From Candidatus Bipolaricaulia bacterium (GTDB lineage: Bacteria > Bipolaricaulota > Bipolaricaulia > RBG-16-55-9), in NCBI GenBank assembly GCA_042219045.1, contig JBDGQO010000003.1:86095-150094 (forward strand): 64,000 bases of DNA, given 5' to 3'. Positions 9,834 to 18,940 of the stretch are shown here, one piece after another (position 1 is the first letter of the stretch; every line of letters starts with the position of its first letter). The position numbers and the translations under genes are program-made. The notes under the pieces were generated by a model. It had not been told where the DNA came from. It was given only the letters and a program-made list of their open reading frames with translations, and made no database searches.

Positions 9834-10625
9834 TCACTCGCCGCCGCTGGACGCGTCACCGTTGGATCCGTCCCCCGACTGAATCTCGGACGAGTCGGTC
9901 TGCTGCTTGCGCAGCCGTTGCTTGAGCCGTTCCACCACTTGGGAGGTGATGTCATCGACTTGGCCCGATTGGGAATAGAGGACGATGGCGTTGTATTGAC
10001 TGGCCGGGTTGTCGATGACCAGGTCGTATCCCCGATCCTTTCCGATCTGGCGGATCACTTCGATCATGTTCTGCTGGATGGGTGCGGACAACTTGAGGTT
10101 GAGCTGCTGCAGCTGGGCGTCCAGTTCGCTCAGGCGCTGGTCACGTTCGGACGCCGTGATCTCGCCCTCTTGGAAGCGCTGGCGGACTTTCTTCTTCTGT
10201 TGCTCAATGCGCTGTTGTTCCTTCCGAAACTTCTTCAGGGGCTGCGACACAAGCGGGCTATCCTGCAGCTCCTGGAGGACCTGGAACATGTCCACGTAGG
10301 CAAACTTGAAGTTGTTTCCCGCGGTGTTGGCATTGGATGAGCTCGACGCGCCGTTGCCCCGTTGCTGCTCGACGCTGGAGATGCGATCGCGCAGCTTGCT
10401 CAGGCGCGTGGCCAGATCGTCCACCTGCGTGCTGACTTGCTCAGTCCGTTGGCTGAGCTGATCCACGCGATCGGGCGCGACAGTCTGCGATTGCTGGCTC
10501 AGTTGCGCCATGCGGTCTTCAAGTCTGGACACCTGTCCCTGGAGCCCCTGCCACGCGACCACGCCGAGGGCCAGGCCGACGATCAAGACGATCCCGATAA
10601 CGGCTGTCCATGCTCCGCCCTTCAT
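9834..10625 (-). CDS. skp: OmpH/Skp-like periplasmic chaperone with N-terminal membrane anchor and long coiled coil
   Basis: Hydrophobic N-terminus, a heptad-rich 120-aa segment, then an OmpH-like core (FAYVDMFQVL...). Immediately downstream of bamA. Confidence 0.65.
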   Translation of the reverse strand: MKGGAWTAVIGIVLIVGLALGVVAWQGLQGQVSRLEDRMAQLSQQSQTVAPDRVDQLSQRTEQVSTQVDDLATRLSKLRDRISSVEQQRGNGASSSSNANTAGNNFKFAYVDMFQVLQELQDSPLVSQPLKKFRKEQQRIEQQKKKVRQRFQEGEITASERDQRLSELDAQLQQLNLKLSAPIQQNMIEVIRQIGKDRGYDLVIDNPASQYNAIVLYSQSGQVDDITSQVVERLKQRLRKQQTDSSEIQSGDGSNGDASSGGE

Positions 10626-10652
10626 GCTCTCACCACCGTTCCCTCAACGTCG

Positions 10653-11396
10653 TTATTGGCTACTGTTGCTGGATGAAGCCGTCTTTAGCCGATTCCAGAC
10701 GGGCGAGGTGATGTTGTCCATCAGCCCCTCTTGGCGATAAATGATGGTGTCCTTGATATTGAAAACGGCTGTGTAGCCGCGCTCCTTGGCAATGGCTCTC
10801 ACGGCTGCCTGTATCGGTTTGGCCACCACGTTTAGCGTGACGTCCTGGAGCTTCCGCTGCAGCTGGGTGGCTTGAAGTTGGGCTTCGGATCGCGACAGTT
10901 CGCCGTTTTGAACCTTTTGTCGAAGCGATTGGATCTGGCTTTGAATTTTCTGGACCTCGCTCTGGAGTTTCTTCTTCACCTCGGGGTTCTCGTTCTGATA
11001 CCGGGTAGCGAGCTCGTTGACGCGGACCACGGCAACGTTGGCCCACGGTGACGACCCGCCACTTGGTGTGGATCCGTTCCCTGATACGCTCGTGGAGATC
11101 GTCTCGATGCGGCTCTCCAGTTGCGAGATCCGGTCGGCGAGCGCTTGGCTGTCCCCGCTCCGGATCTCTTGGACCTGCTGCTCCAGTTGATTCATACGTT
11201 CCTGGAGTGAGCTAACTTGATCCTTGCCCGCGAATTGGCCTTCGAGCTCGTTGATGCGTTGATCCAAGATGCTGATCTGCTCTTGGAGGTCACTCACTTT
11301 CTGGGCGCTCGATCCCCCGAGAACTTGAGACCCAATCAAGAGCCCCACGATGAGCGCGATAACGCCGACGATTCCGATCGTAACGGTCTGCTTCAT
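10653..11396 (-). CDS. skp: OmpH/Skp-like periplasmic chaperone, paralog 2
   Basis: Same architecture as the neighbouring paralog: TM/signal, coiled coil, then an OmpH-like C-terminal half. Tandem duplicate next to bamA. Confidence 0.65.
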   Translation of the reverse strand: MKQTVTIGIVGVIALIVGLLIGSQVLGGSSAQKVSDLQEQISILDQRINELEGQFAGKDQVSSLQERMNQLEQQVQEIRSGDSQALADRISQLESRIETISTSVSGNGSTPSGGSSPWANVAVVRVNELATRYQNENPEVKKKLQSEVQKIQSQIQSLRQKVQNGELSRSEAQLQATQLQRKLQDVTLNVVAKPIQAAVRAIAKERGYTAVFNIKDTIIYRQEGLMDNITSPVWNRLKTASSSNSSQ

Positions 11397-11416
11397 GGCT
11401 GAGAAAGCCTCCTCAT

Positions 11417-13891
11417 CTAAAAGAACGTGCCGAAGCCGAAGACGGCCTGGACGGTCTTCACTCGGTCGGTGATCGGCCAGGCCATCGCCAAACGGACCGG
11501 CCCGACATAGGGAGCCGTCAGCCGGCCCTCAACGCCGACCGACTTTCGCCAGACGTCGCCGTCGGTGCCGATGTCGGCGAAGAACGCCACGGAGACATTG
11601 GCCTGCGGCTCCAGGAGGATCCGGTATTCGAGGTTAGCAAAGCCAATGGATGGCCCTCGGACCGTCTCCACGCTGCGTACGGTCGATGCGCTACCCAGGG
11701 TGAACTCCTCTTGAGCGGGCAACCGCGAGCCGGCTTTGCCGACCAAGCGCAGGGCAAATGTCTGATTCTCAATGGTGGGCCAGTGCTGGACAATGGTCCC
11801 CTCGATCTTGGTGAAGGGGGTGCCGACGCCGAAGAGGCCGGCTCGCTCTATGGAGATCTGGCGCTGACCGCCGCGCGTGGCGAACCTCGGGTTGTTCCGG
11901 TCGTCTTGATTGAAGGACAGCGAGGCCACCGAGACGCGGCTGGATTCGGGGGTCAAGTTTTGCTGATCCAGAAATTCTTTCTTGACCCACTCTTGGCGCA
12001 TGCCAACTTCCGCTTGGGCATCGCCGCTGACCGGGACGGTCAACGAGGCCTTGCCGCCACGGCGCCGTAGCCAATATTTGCCCTTGTCGCTCGAGGATTT
12101 TCGGCTCGTCTTGTTGTAGACGTTGATGTTGAGCGAATCGGTCCCCGGCACCAGCAAACGGCCCTGATAGTCAAGGTTGAAGTTGGTCGCAGTTTGGCCG
12201 ACGACGCCGCGATCGACGCTGATCGACACGTCCTGGCCGAGTCCGTAGAGGTTCTTGCCGCTCAGGCTGAGCTGACCGACCAAGCCCTTACCTGAAACGG
12301 AGAACCCGCCGTTGAGGCTGCCGGTCTTCTGCTTCTCCTCAGTCGAGATGATCACGCGGACGCCCCCGGAGTCGAGTCGCTCGAAGTTGTAGTTGACGCT
12401 GCTAAAATAACCGAGCTTCTGGAGCCTCCGATAGGATTCTTGGAGCCGGAACTGATTGGCAAGGTCGCCGGCGCTGAACGTCAGCTGCGTCCGGATGATC
12501 TCCGGTTCCGTCCGAGGCAGATCGCTCGTGCTGGCCGTCCCCAAGAACTGGCCGAGCATGGTGCCGAACTCGCTCACCATGCGCTTAATTCCTCCGTTGC
12601 CTCCCGATGTCGACGACTGTTGTTGTTGGCTCGCCTTCTCGCCCGACTCGGTGGCCTTCGCCGACGCGTCGATGGAGAGTTCCTTCATGCCCTGCTTGGG
12701 GGTAATGCGGGCGGTCTGATAGCCGTTCTGCTTGATCAGGATCTCGTTGATCCGGCCCTCTCGGATCTCGAGCGTCAGGATGCCATTCTCAAGCGATTGA
12801 CGCGCAAACGTGGCCATCATGAAGCCGTCGTCGCGGTAGAGCTCATAGACGTCCTGTAGCGCCTGGAGAAGCTCGAAGTTCGTGAGCTCGCCCTCGGGCA
12901 GCGCCAGCCGGCTCTGCAGCTCGGAGGTAGAGAACGCCGTGACGCCCTCGAAGCGGATCTCGTCTATGGTCTGCGGTTTGTCGATCAACGTTCGCGGCGC
13001 CAGTCGCACGAGCAGCTTGAGCTTGTCCGGTGAGCTTCCCGGCTGCGGCCCGACCTGTTGGACGCGGAAGAAGATCGACTCGTTCAGCGACTGGACGGCC
13101 TGTTGGATCGTCTTCTGCTTGGCCGGTCGATCGTTCGGGATCCCCGACAGCATCGCTTTCGCCTTTTCCTTGAACGGGCCTTCGACCCCCTGGACCTGGA
13201 CCGACTCAATGACGGCCTCGACGATCCCGATCCTCAGCGTTTCGCCCGGCTGGATTTGGTTGAAGCCGACGAGGCTGTAGCCCTTGTTCTGGTACTCGTG
13301 ACAGATGCTCGGCGTCGGCGGATTCGGTTTGCACTGACCCTGCTTGTTGATGCCGAGCGCCGTGCGCAGCTTCTTGGTGTTGAGAACCTTTCCAGTCTCA
13401 ATGCCGTTCTTCTTCAGGATCTCCTTGAGACGTTCGGTTGTCACGAGATAGTCGACAAACGGCCAGGGCACGTTCCAGTCAACCACGGGAATGTGGAGTT
13501 GCTGGTCGGCGTTGTAGTTGGTGTTGCCGGTGATCTCGATCTTCTGGACCACCGGATTCTCCGTGACGTCGACGATGACGATGATCCCATTCTCGGCCAT
13601 GCGGTAGTCCACGCTCACGTTCTGGAACAGCCCGACGTCCATGAGCGCGGTCTGGGCCCGTTTGATGTCGTCGGGCAGCGTAATCTTCTCGTCCACCGCA
13701 AACGGCAGAGCCGAACGGATCCTTGAGGTGTCGACGTGCGTGTTGCCTTGAACCTGGATCTGGGCGACCTTGGCGGTCTGCGATTCGGCGCCGTCCTGCG
13801 CCGCGCCCAGGAATGCAAAACCGCCGATCAGGCTCGCGACGAGCGCCACGACGAGTGCCGCCCGTTGCAGAGTGAACGTCTTGTGGGGCAT
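11417..13891 (-). CDS. bamA: Outer membrane protein assembly factor BamA (Omp85)
   Basis: 824 aa with a signal peptide, several POTRA-like repeats, and a C-terminal beta-barrel ending in the aromatic beta-signal ...FGFGTFF. Upstream of skp. Confidence 0.85.
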   Translation of the reverse strand: MPHKTFTLQRAALVVALVASLIGGFAFLGAAQDGAESQTAKVAQIQVQGNTHVDTSRIRSALPFAVDEKITLPDDIKRAQTALMDVGLFQNVSVDYRMAENGIIVIVDVTENPVVQKIEITGNTNYNADQQLHIPVVDWNVPWPFVDYLVTTERLKEILKKNGIETGKVLNTKKLRTALGINKQGQCKPNPPTPSICHEYQNKGYSLVGFNQIQPGETLRIGIVEAVIESVQVQGVEGPFKEKAKAMLSGIPNDRPAKQKTIQQAVQSLNESIFFRVQQVGPQPGSSPDKLKLLVRLAPRTLIDKPQTIDEIRFEGVTAFSTSELQSRLALPEGELTNFELLQALQDVYELYRDDGFMMATFARQSLENGILTLEIREGRINEILIKQNGYQTARITPKQGMKELSIDASAKATESGEKASQQQQSSTSGGNGGIKRMVSEFGTMLGQFLGTASTSDLPRTEPEIIRTQLTFSAGDLANQFRLQESYRRLQKLGYFSSVNYNFERLDSGGVRVIISTEEKQKTGSLNGGFSVSGKGLVGQLSLSGKNLYGLGQDVSISVDRGVVGQTATNFNLDYQGRLLVPGTDSLNINVYNKTSRKSSSDKGKYWLRRRGGKASLTVPVSGDAQAEVGMRQEWVKKEFLDQQNLTPESSRVSVASLSFNQDDRNNPRFATRGGQRQISIERAGLFGVGTPFTKIEGTIVQHWPTIENQTFALRLVGKAGSRLPAQEEFTLGSASTVRSVETVRGPSIGFANLEYRILLEPQANVSVAFFADIGTDGDVWRKSVGVEGRLTAPYVGPVRLAMAWPITDRVKTVQAVFGFGTFF

Positions 13892-15436
13892 CTAGACTCC
13901 TCCCTCGATCGATTCGAGCGAACTGCGGTATTGAATAGCTTCCGCTACGTGAGCGGGCTCGATGCGCGCCGACCCCTCCAGATCGGCAATCGTGCGCGAG
14001 ACCTTGAGCACGCGATTGTAGGCTCGAGCGCTTAGATGGTACCGATCAATGGCGCGCTCAAGCAACGTACGGCCGTCGTCGCTGAGCAGACAGTGCTCGC
14101 GCAGCTCGCTTACCCCCATGTGGGCGTTCAGGTGCGTTGATGTGCCCTGAAACCGCTCACGTTGGCTCGTGTGGGCATTAACCACGCGCTCGCGAATCGA
14201 GGGAGAAGCCTCGCCGGTCGGCTTGCCCATGAGCTCGTCGCGCGTCAGTCGGGGGACTTCCACGAAGAGATCCATGCGGTCCAGAAACGGCCCGGAGATG
14301 CGCTTGCGGTAGCGCTCGATGTCGATGGACCGGCAACGGCAGGCCTTTTCCGGATCGCCGGCGTGACCGCACGGACAGGGATTCATGGCCGTTATCAGCG
14401 TCAACCGGGCGGGAAACGTCACGGCCGTGGAGGCCCGCGAGAGCGTGATCTGGTGTTCCTCCAAAGGCTGGCGGAGCGTCTCCAAGACGGTCCGATCGAA
14501 CTCCGGCAGCTCGTCGAGAAACAGCACGCCGTGCTGGGCCAGGCTGATCTCGCCCGGTCGGGGCACGCCATGGCCGCCGCCGACCATGCCGGCATACGAG
14601 ACCGTGTGATGCGGAGCGCGGAACGGGCGCCGCACGATGAGCGGCTCGTCGCGCGTCAACAGCCCCATGATGCTGTGGATGCGGGTGACGTCGACGGCCT
14701 CGTCGAACGCCAGGGGCGGCATGATCGTCGGAAGTCGCTTCGCGAGCATGCTCTTGCCCGAACCCGGCGGCCCAACCATGAGGACGTTGTGGCCCCCCGC
14801 CGCCGCGATCTCCAGGGCCCGCTTGGCTTGGGCTTGGCCGCGGATCTCGCTCAGGTCAACGTGATACGTTTCGTGCTGACGGAAGTAGGCCTCGACGTCG
14901 AACGTGTGAGGCTGGAGCCGGAGCTCGCCGTTCAGAAATCGAATCGCTTCGTCCAAGGTCCGAACGCCGTAGACGTCGACGTCGTCCACGAGCGCCGCTT
15001 CCTCGGCGTTGCCCTCCGCGACCAGGAGCGCATCGATGGCGTCGTTCTCGGCGGCATGGAGCGCCACGGGCAACGCCCCATCGACGGGACGGAGCTCGCC
15101 ATCCAGCGACAGTTCCCCGAAGACGAGGATGCGTTGGAGGCTCGTCTCAGGAAGCTGCTCGGACGCCACGAGAATGGCCAAGGCCAAGGGGAGATCGAGC
15201 CCGACGCCCTCTTTCTTGACATCGGCGGGAGCGAGGTTGGCGGTGATCTTCTTCGTGGGGAACGCATAATCGGAGTTCTTGATCGCACTGCGGATGCGCT
15301 CGCGGCTCTCCTGGACTTCCTTTTCGGGCAACCCGACGATGGTGAACGCCGGCAAGCCGCTGGAGATGTCGCACTGCACGTCGACGCTGGTCGCTTCCAG
15401 GCCGACGACCGCGCCGCTGTGAGCCTCGGCGAACAT
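13892..15436 (-). CDS. comM: YifB/ComM family Mg-chelatase-like AAA+ ATPase
   Basis: N-terminal Lon-protease-like domain, Walker A MVGPPGSGKSMLA, arginine finger region, and the C-terminal ComM domain. Typical partner of yraN. Confidence 0.85.
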   Translation of the reverse strand: MFAEAHSGAVVGLEATSVDVQCDISSGLPAFTIVGLPEKEVQESRERIRSAIKNSDYAFPTKKITANLAPADVKKEGVGLDLPLALAILVASEQLPETSLQRILVFGELSLDGELRPVDGALPVALHAAENDAIDALLVAEGNAEEAALVDDVDVYGVRTLDEAIRFLNGELRLQPHTFDVEAYFRQHETYHVDLSEIRGQAQAKRALEIAAAGGHNVLMVGPPGSGKSMLAKRLPTIMPPLAFDEAVDVTRIHSIMGLLTRDEPLIVRRPFRAPHHTVSYAGMVGGGHGVPRPGEISLAQHGVLFLDELPEFDRTVLETLRQPLEEHQITLSRASTAVTFPARLTLITAMNPCPCGHAGDPEKACRCRSIDIERYRKRISGPFLDRMDLFVEVPRLTRDELMGKPTGEASPSIRERVVNAHTSQRERFQGTSTHLNAHMGVSELREHCLLSDDGRTLLERAIDRYHLSARAYNRVLKVSRTIADLEGSARIEPAHVAEAIQYRSSLESIEGGV

Positions 15437-15441
15437 AGCGC

Positions 15442-15933
15442 TCAGCCCTCCAATCGGAACGCGTCCCGGTGGAGTCGCGCTTCGCCCTGTGACAGCGCCA
15501 CGACGTCGAACCGCACGTCGAGATCCGTCGGATGCCGTGCCAGATAATGACGCGCAGTCCGGACGATCTGCCCCTGCTTGGCGCTCGTTATCGACTCCTC
15601 CGGTGCGCCGTACTGATGGGATCGCCGCGTCTTCACCTCCACGAACACGAGGCAGTCTCCGTCACGAGCGATCAAGTCGATCTCGCCGCCTCGCCAGCGA
15701 TAGTTTTGCGCCAAGATGTGAAATCCCCGGTTGCGCAAAAATGCGGCCGCGCGACTTTCGCCATCTCGGCCTTCGCTGACGGTGTTTCGGTTTCGCTGCA
15801 AAACAATGAATGGTAGCGCAATATCCAATTTGGCGTCAATGGGCCGACATGGACCGCGGTCCCGGAAGTCTGACGGAACGATCGAACCGACGTAATCGGG
15901 GTCACTGAAGCGCCAACCAGCCCGACCGCACAA
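15442..15933 (-). CDS. yraN: YraN/UPF0102 family endonuclease (true start probably internal, near 15800-15830)
   Basis: Core GESRAAAFLRNRGFHILAQNYRWRGGEIDLIARDGDCLVFVEVKTRR matches the YraN restriction-endonuclease-like fold. The ORF's N-terminal about 35 aa look like an extension. Confidence 0.55.
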   Translation of the reverse strand: MCGRAGWRFSDPDYVGSIVPSDFRDRGPCRPIDAKLDIALPFIVLQRNRNTVSEGRDGESRAAAFLRNRGFHILAQNYRWRGGEIDLIARDGDCLVFVEVKTRRSHQYGAPEESITSAKQGQIVRTARHYLARHPTDLDVRFDVVALSQGEARLHRDAFRLEG

Positions 15934-15948
15934 TGCGAGAGATCAACC

Positions 15949-16707
15949 ATGAAACGCCTTCGCTTCAGCCTCACCGTATTGGCCATCGCGCTCGCCGTAG
16001 GCGTCATCGGGCCGCCGCTGCCGGCTCAGACGGAAGGGCCGAGCTTTGCCGATGACCTGCGCGGCTCAACGCTCGATCGCCAACAATGGGATGTGGAGCG
16101 CTTCAAATCGCGCGGCGACATCGTCGCGACGGAAGACGGCCTCCGCATGGAGTTCACCGTGCGCAACGTCGCCGACTTCTTTGCGCACAACGTGTGGCTC
16201 AACTGCCGCATCAGCGGTGACTTCGACGCGCGCTTGAGCTATGAGCTGACCAAGTGGCCGCGTGACAGCGGCATACGGCTCGGTTTGGGCGTCCATCCGA
16301 ACCCGAAGCCGTTCGGATCCACCACGCTTCACGGCGTCTTCGGCGATCCGAGCGGCAAGCGAACGGCGATCGCCGAGCGGATCAGCCTCAAGCGTGGCGC
16401 GGCCTCCACCTATCCAAGCGGCGGCCAGTTCTATCTCTCTGAGATGAACGGACGCGAGGGTCGGTTGTTCGTCACCACCGACATGGAAGGCCAAGTGCGC
16501 ATCTCTCGCGAGAACACCACGTACAAAGCCTGGTACTACGACGACGGCGGCGACTTGTGGATTCCGACCGGGCAGTGGAGCGTCCACCCCGACCTCCGCG
16601 AGGACGAATGGGCCACGATCCAACTCTGGGGTCGCGAAAGCAGCCCGAACGTTGAAGTCCTCGTGCGCGACTTTTCCCTGAATGCCGACGAATTGGAATG
16701 TCCCTAA
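15949..16707 (+). CDS. Secreted hypothetical protein (signal peptide; probable concanavalin-like/jelly-roll fold)
   Basis: Clear N-terminal signal peptide MKRLRFSLTVLAIALAVGVIG, no catalytic motif recognised, and coding-like codon bias. Convergent with ftsI. Confidence 0.55.
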   Translation: MKRLRFSLTVLAIALAVGVIGPPLPAQTEGPSFADDLRGSTLDRQQWDVERFKSRGDIVATEDGLRMEFTVRNVADFFAHNVWLNCRISGDFDARLSYELTKWPRDSGIRLGLGVHPNPKPFGSTTLHGVFGDPSGKRTAIAERISLKRGAASTYPSGGQFYLSEMNGREGRLFVTTDMEGQVRISRENTTYKAWYYDDGGDLWIPTGQWSVHPDLREDEWATIQLWGRESSPNVEVLVRDFSLNADELECP

Positions 16708-16752
16708 ACTCATCGGCCATGAGCGGTTGAAGTCGGGCAACTCCGTGGACGG

Positions 16753-18447
16753 TTAATTCTCGAGCGCGGAGCCATTCGGCCCAGGGTGTCGCACGTCAAC
16801 GATCCCGCTGGCGATCTCCTGGAAGATCGGCGCGGCCGTGAGCCCGCCATAGTATTGCTCGGCCTGCACGTCGTCGAGCACGACCAGAATCAGATACCGC
16901 GGGTCGTCGGCGGGGAAGAACCCGCCGAACAACGAGGTGTATCGTCCTTTGACGTAGCCGCGGCCCGGAATGGCTTTCTGCCCGGTGCCCGACTTGCCGG
17001 CGACTCGAAAGCCGTTCACTTGGGCGTAAACGCCCGTGCCGCGATCGCCGTGGACGACCTGCTCCATCATCGACGTCAACTGCGCCACATGCGTCCGATC
17101 GGCAATACGCTCGGATGCATCGTTGGTCTCCGATGACCCGGAATTGGCCCCCCCTTGCACGAGCTGCAGCGGTTCCAGACGGCCCCCATTGGCGATGGCA
17201 CTGTACGCCCGCGTCAACTGGAGCCCCGTCACGGAGATGCCCTGACCGATCGGGATCGTGCCGATGGACAGCTCGGACCAATCCTCCAACGGCCGCAGCG
17301 TCCCCGCCGCTTCGCCCGGCAACGCCAACGATGTCTCCTCGCCGAAGCGCATGCGACTCAAGAAGCGATACAGTCGTTCTTGACCCAGATCCTGCGCGAT
17401 GCGGACGATGCCCGTGTTGACCGACATCTCCAGCACTTCGGACGGCGAGACCGTGCCGTAACTTCGGTGTTCTGCGTTGTTGATGCGATGGCCGGCGATC
17501 GTGACAGGGCTATCGCCGTTGATCGCGTCGCCCGGCTGCACGCTCCCCGCCTGCAGCGCGGCCAGCATCGCAAAGGGCTTGAACGTCGAGCCCGGCTCAA
17601 ATGGCCGAATGGCCGCCAGGTTGGCCCGCTGCTCGGGCGACGAGCTCCGAAACTCGTTCAAATCATACGTCTTGTCCTGGGCGATCGCGAGCAGCTCGCC
17701 CGTCTGGGGCTTGGCCACAACGGCAAATCCGCCCTTGGCCTGGTACTCAGCCACGCCCGCTTGGATCTCGGACTCGGCGATCGCTTGGATCCGCGCGTCC
17801 AGGGTCAGCTTCAGGTCGTCGCCCGCGCGGCCCGGCTGGATAATGCGCTCCTCCAAGACCGTCCCGTTGGCGCCTCGAACGACGGATCGTTTCTCACGTT
17901 GGCCGCTCAGGTGTTCGTCGTAGGCCCGCTCCAGGCCTTCCAGGCCCTCGTTGTCGATGCCGGCGAAGCCGATCACGTTGGATGCGAGCGAGCCTTGGGG
18001 ATAAGCGCGTTCCCACTCGGGCTTGAAGATCAGTCCCTCAACCCCCTTCGCTTCCGCGTCCGCCTTCAGGGCCTCGGCCGTCGTCGGATCGACCTTGCGG
18101 GCGATCCAGGTGAAGTACGATGGGCGGTAAATGCGATCCTCAGCTTCCTGCTCCGACAGACCGAGATGCTTGACGACCAGATCCGTCAGCAGCTCCGGCT
18201 TGGTCATGCGATAGTTGTCCAGCGCCACGGAGGTGGCGCGGACGTCGAACGCCAGGCGGCGGCCGTGACGGTCGAGGATCGATCCGCGGGGTTGGGTCTG
18301 AGTCACTTGGCGGACTTGGATCTGCTCAGCCCGGTCGCGCCACTGCCCGTGCTCGAGAATTTGGAGATCGACGAGCCGGACCGTGGAAGTCAGCAGAAAG
18401 ACCATGAGGCTTCCCATGACGGCGTAGAGGCGCCATCGCTCCGTCAT
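16753..18447 (-). CDS. ftsI: Peptidoglycan D,D-transpeptidase FtsI (class B PBP)
   Basis: N-terminal TM, PBP dimerisation domain, transpeptidase motifs STFKP, SVN-like and KSGTG. Directly downstream of ftsL. Confidence 0.85.
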   Translation of the reverse strand: MTERWRLYAVMGSLMVFLLTSTVRLVDLQILEHGQWRDRAEQIQVRQVTQTQPRGSILDRHGRRLAFDVRATSVALDNYRMTKPELLTDLVVKHLGLSEQEAEDRIYRPSYFTWIARKVDPTTAEALKADAEAKGVEGLIFKPEWERAYPQGSLASNVIGFAGIDNEGLEGLERAYDEHLSGQREKRSVVRGANGTVLEERIIQPGRAGDDLKLTLDARIQAIAESEIQAGVAEYQAKGGFAVVAKPQTGELLAIAQDKTYDLNEFRSSSPEQRANLAAIRPFEPGSTFKPFAMLAALQAGSVQPGDAINGDSPVTIAGHRINNAEHRSYGTVSPSEVLEMSVNTGIVRIAQDLGQERLYRFLSRMRFGEETSLALPGEAAGTLRPLEDWSELSIGTIPIGQGISVTGLQLTRAYSAIANGGRLEPLQLVQGGANSGSSETNDASERIADRTHVAQLTSMMEQVVHGDRGTGVYAQVNGFRVAGKSGTGQKAIPGRGYVKGRYTSLFGGFFPADDPRYLILVVLDDVQAEQYYGGLTAAPIFQEIASGIVDVRHPGPNGSALEN

Positions 18448-18785
18448 GGCGGATCGCTGTCGCTTGCGGAACGCTCAAGATATCGCAGTTCTTCGGGGCG
18501 GCTCATGTTGAGCTGTTCCTCCGCGATGCGCTCGATCCGCTCCAGGGAAAACGCCCGTTCGACCTCGAACTGCGTGCGCCTGTGCTCCGCTTTGGCCGCT
18601 TCAAGTTGAGTTTGGGCCTTTTGGAGCTCGTTGTAAGCGGCGACCCACCGCCACGACTGCGACAAGAACACGAGCGAGAGGGCCACGACGATCGCCAGCC
18701 CTAGGATCAGTAGATGGCGCTGGCTGAGCCTGGGCCCTTCGATCTCGGACGTCTCCCGCGTTTGCCGTCGCCTCGTATGGGCCAT
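18444..18785 (-). CDS. ftsL: Cell division protein FtsL
   Basis: Short bitopic protein: a basic cytoplasmic N-terminus, a TM segment (LLILGLAIVVALSLVFL), then a coiled coil. Start placed at the Met at 18785 and the upstream ORF extension rejected. Confidence 0.6.
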   Translation of the reverse strand: MAHTRRRQTRETSEIEGPRLSQRHLLILGLAIVVALSLVFLSQSWRWVAAYNELQKAQTQLEAAKAEHRRTQFEVERAFSLERIERIAEEQLNMSRPEELRYLERSASDSDPP

Positions 18786-18863
18786 GGCGTTCCTTGACTG
18801 TAAGAACGTCGCCGATCGAGCCCAAGGACAGGCGTCTCCCGGCAACGTCGGGATGTCAGCGTA

Positions 18864-18892
18864 TTGACGGGAGCCGGGATGCCGTCTACAAT
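18864..18892 (+). promoter_or_regulatory. Sigma70-type promoter TTGACG-17nt-TACAAT upstream of trpE
   Basis: Hexamers read directly from the sequence: -35 at 18864-18869 and -10 at 18887-18892 with a 17-nt spacer. About 45 nt upstream of the trpE start. Confidence 0.5.
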
Positions 18893-18940
18893 CGCCCTTC
18901 ACCAAACCCCAACTAATAATGAGGTGATGGGTCATGGACA

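Noticed and set aside
18893-18940. T-box or TRAP-binding leader upstream of trpE
   Set aside because: The leader is only about 45 nt. There are no (G/U)AG triplet repeats and no room for specifier or antiterminator structures.
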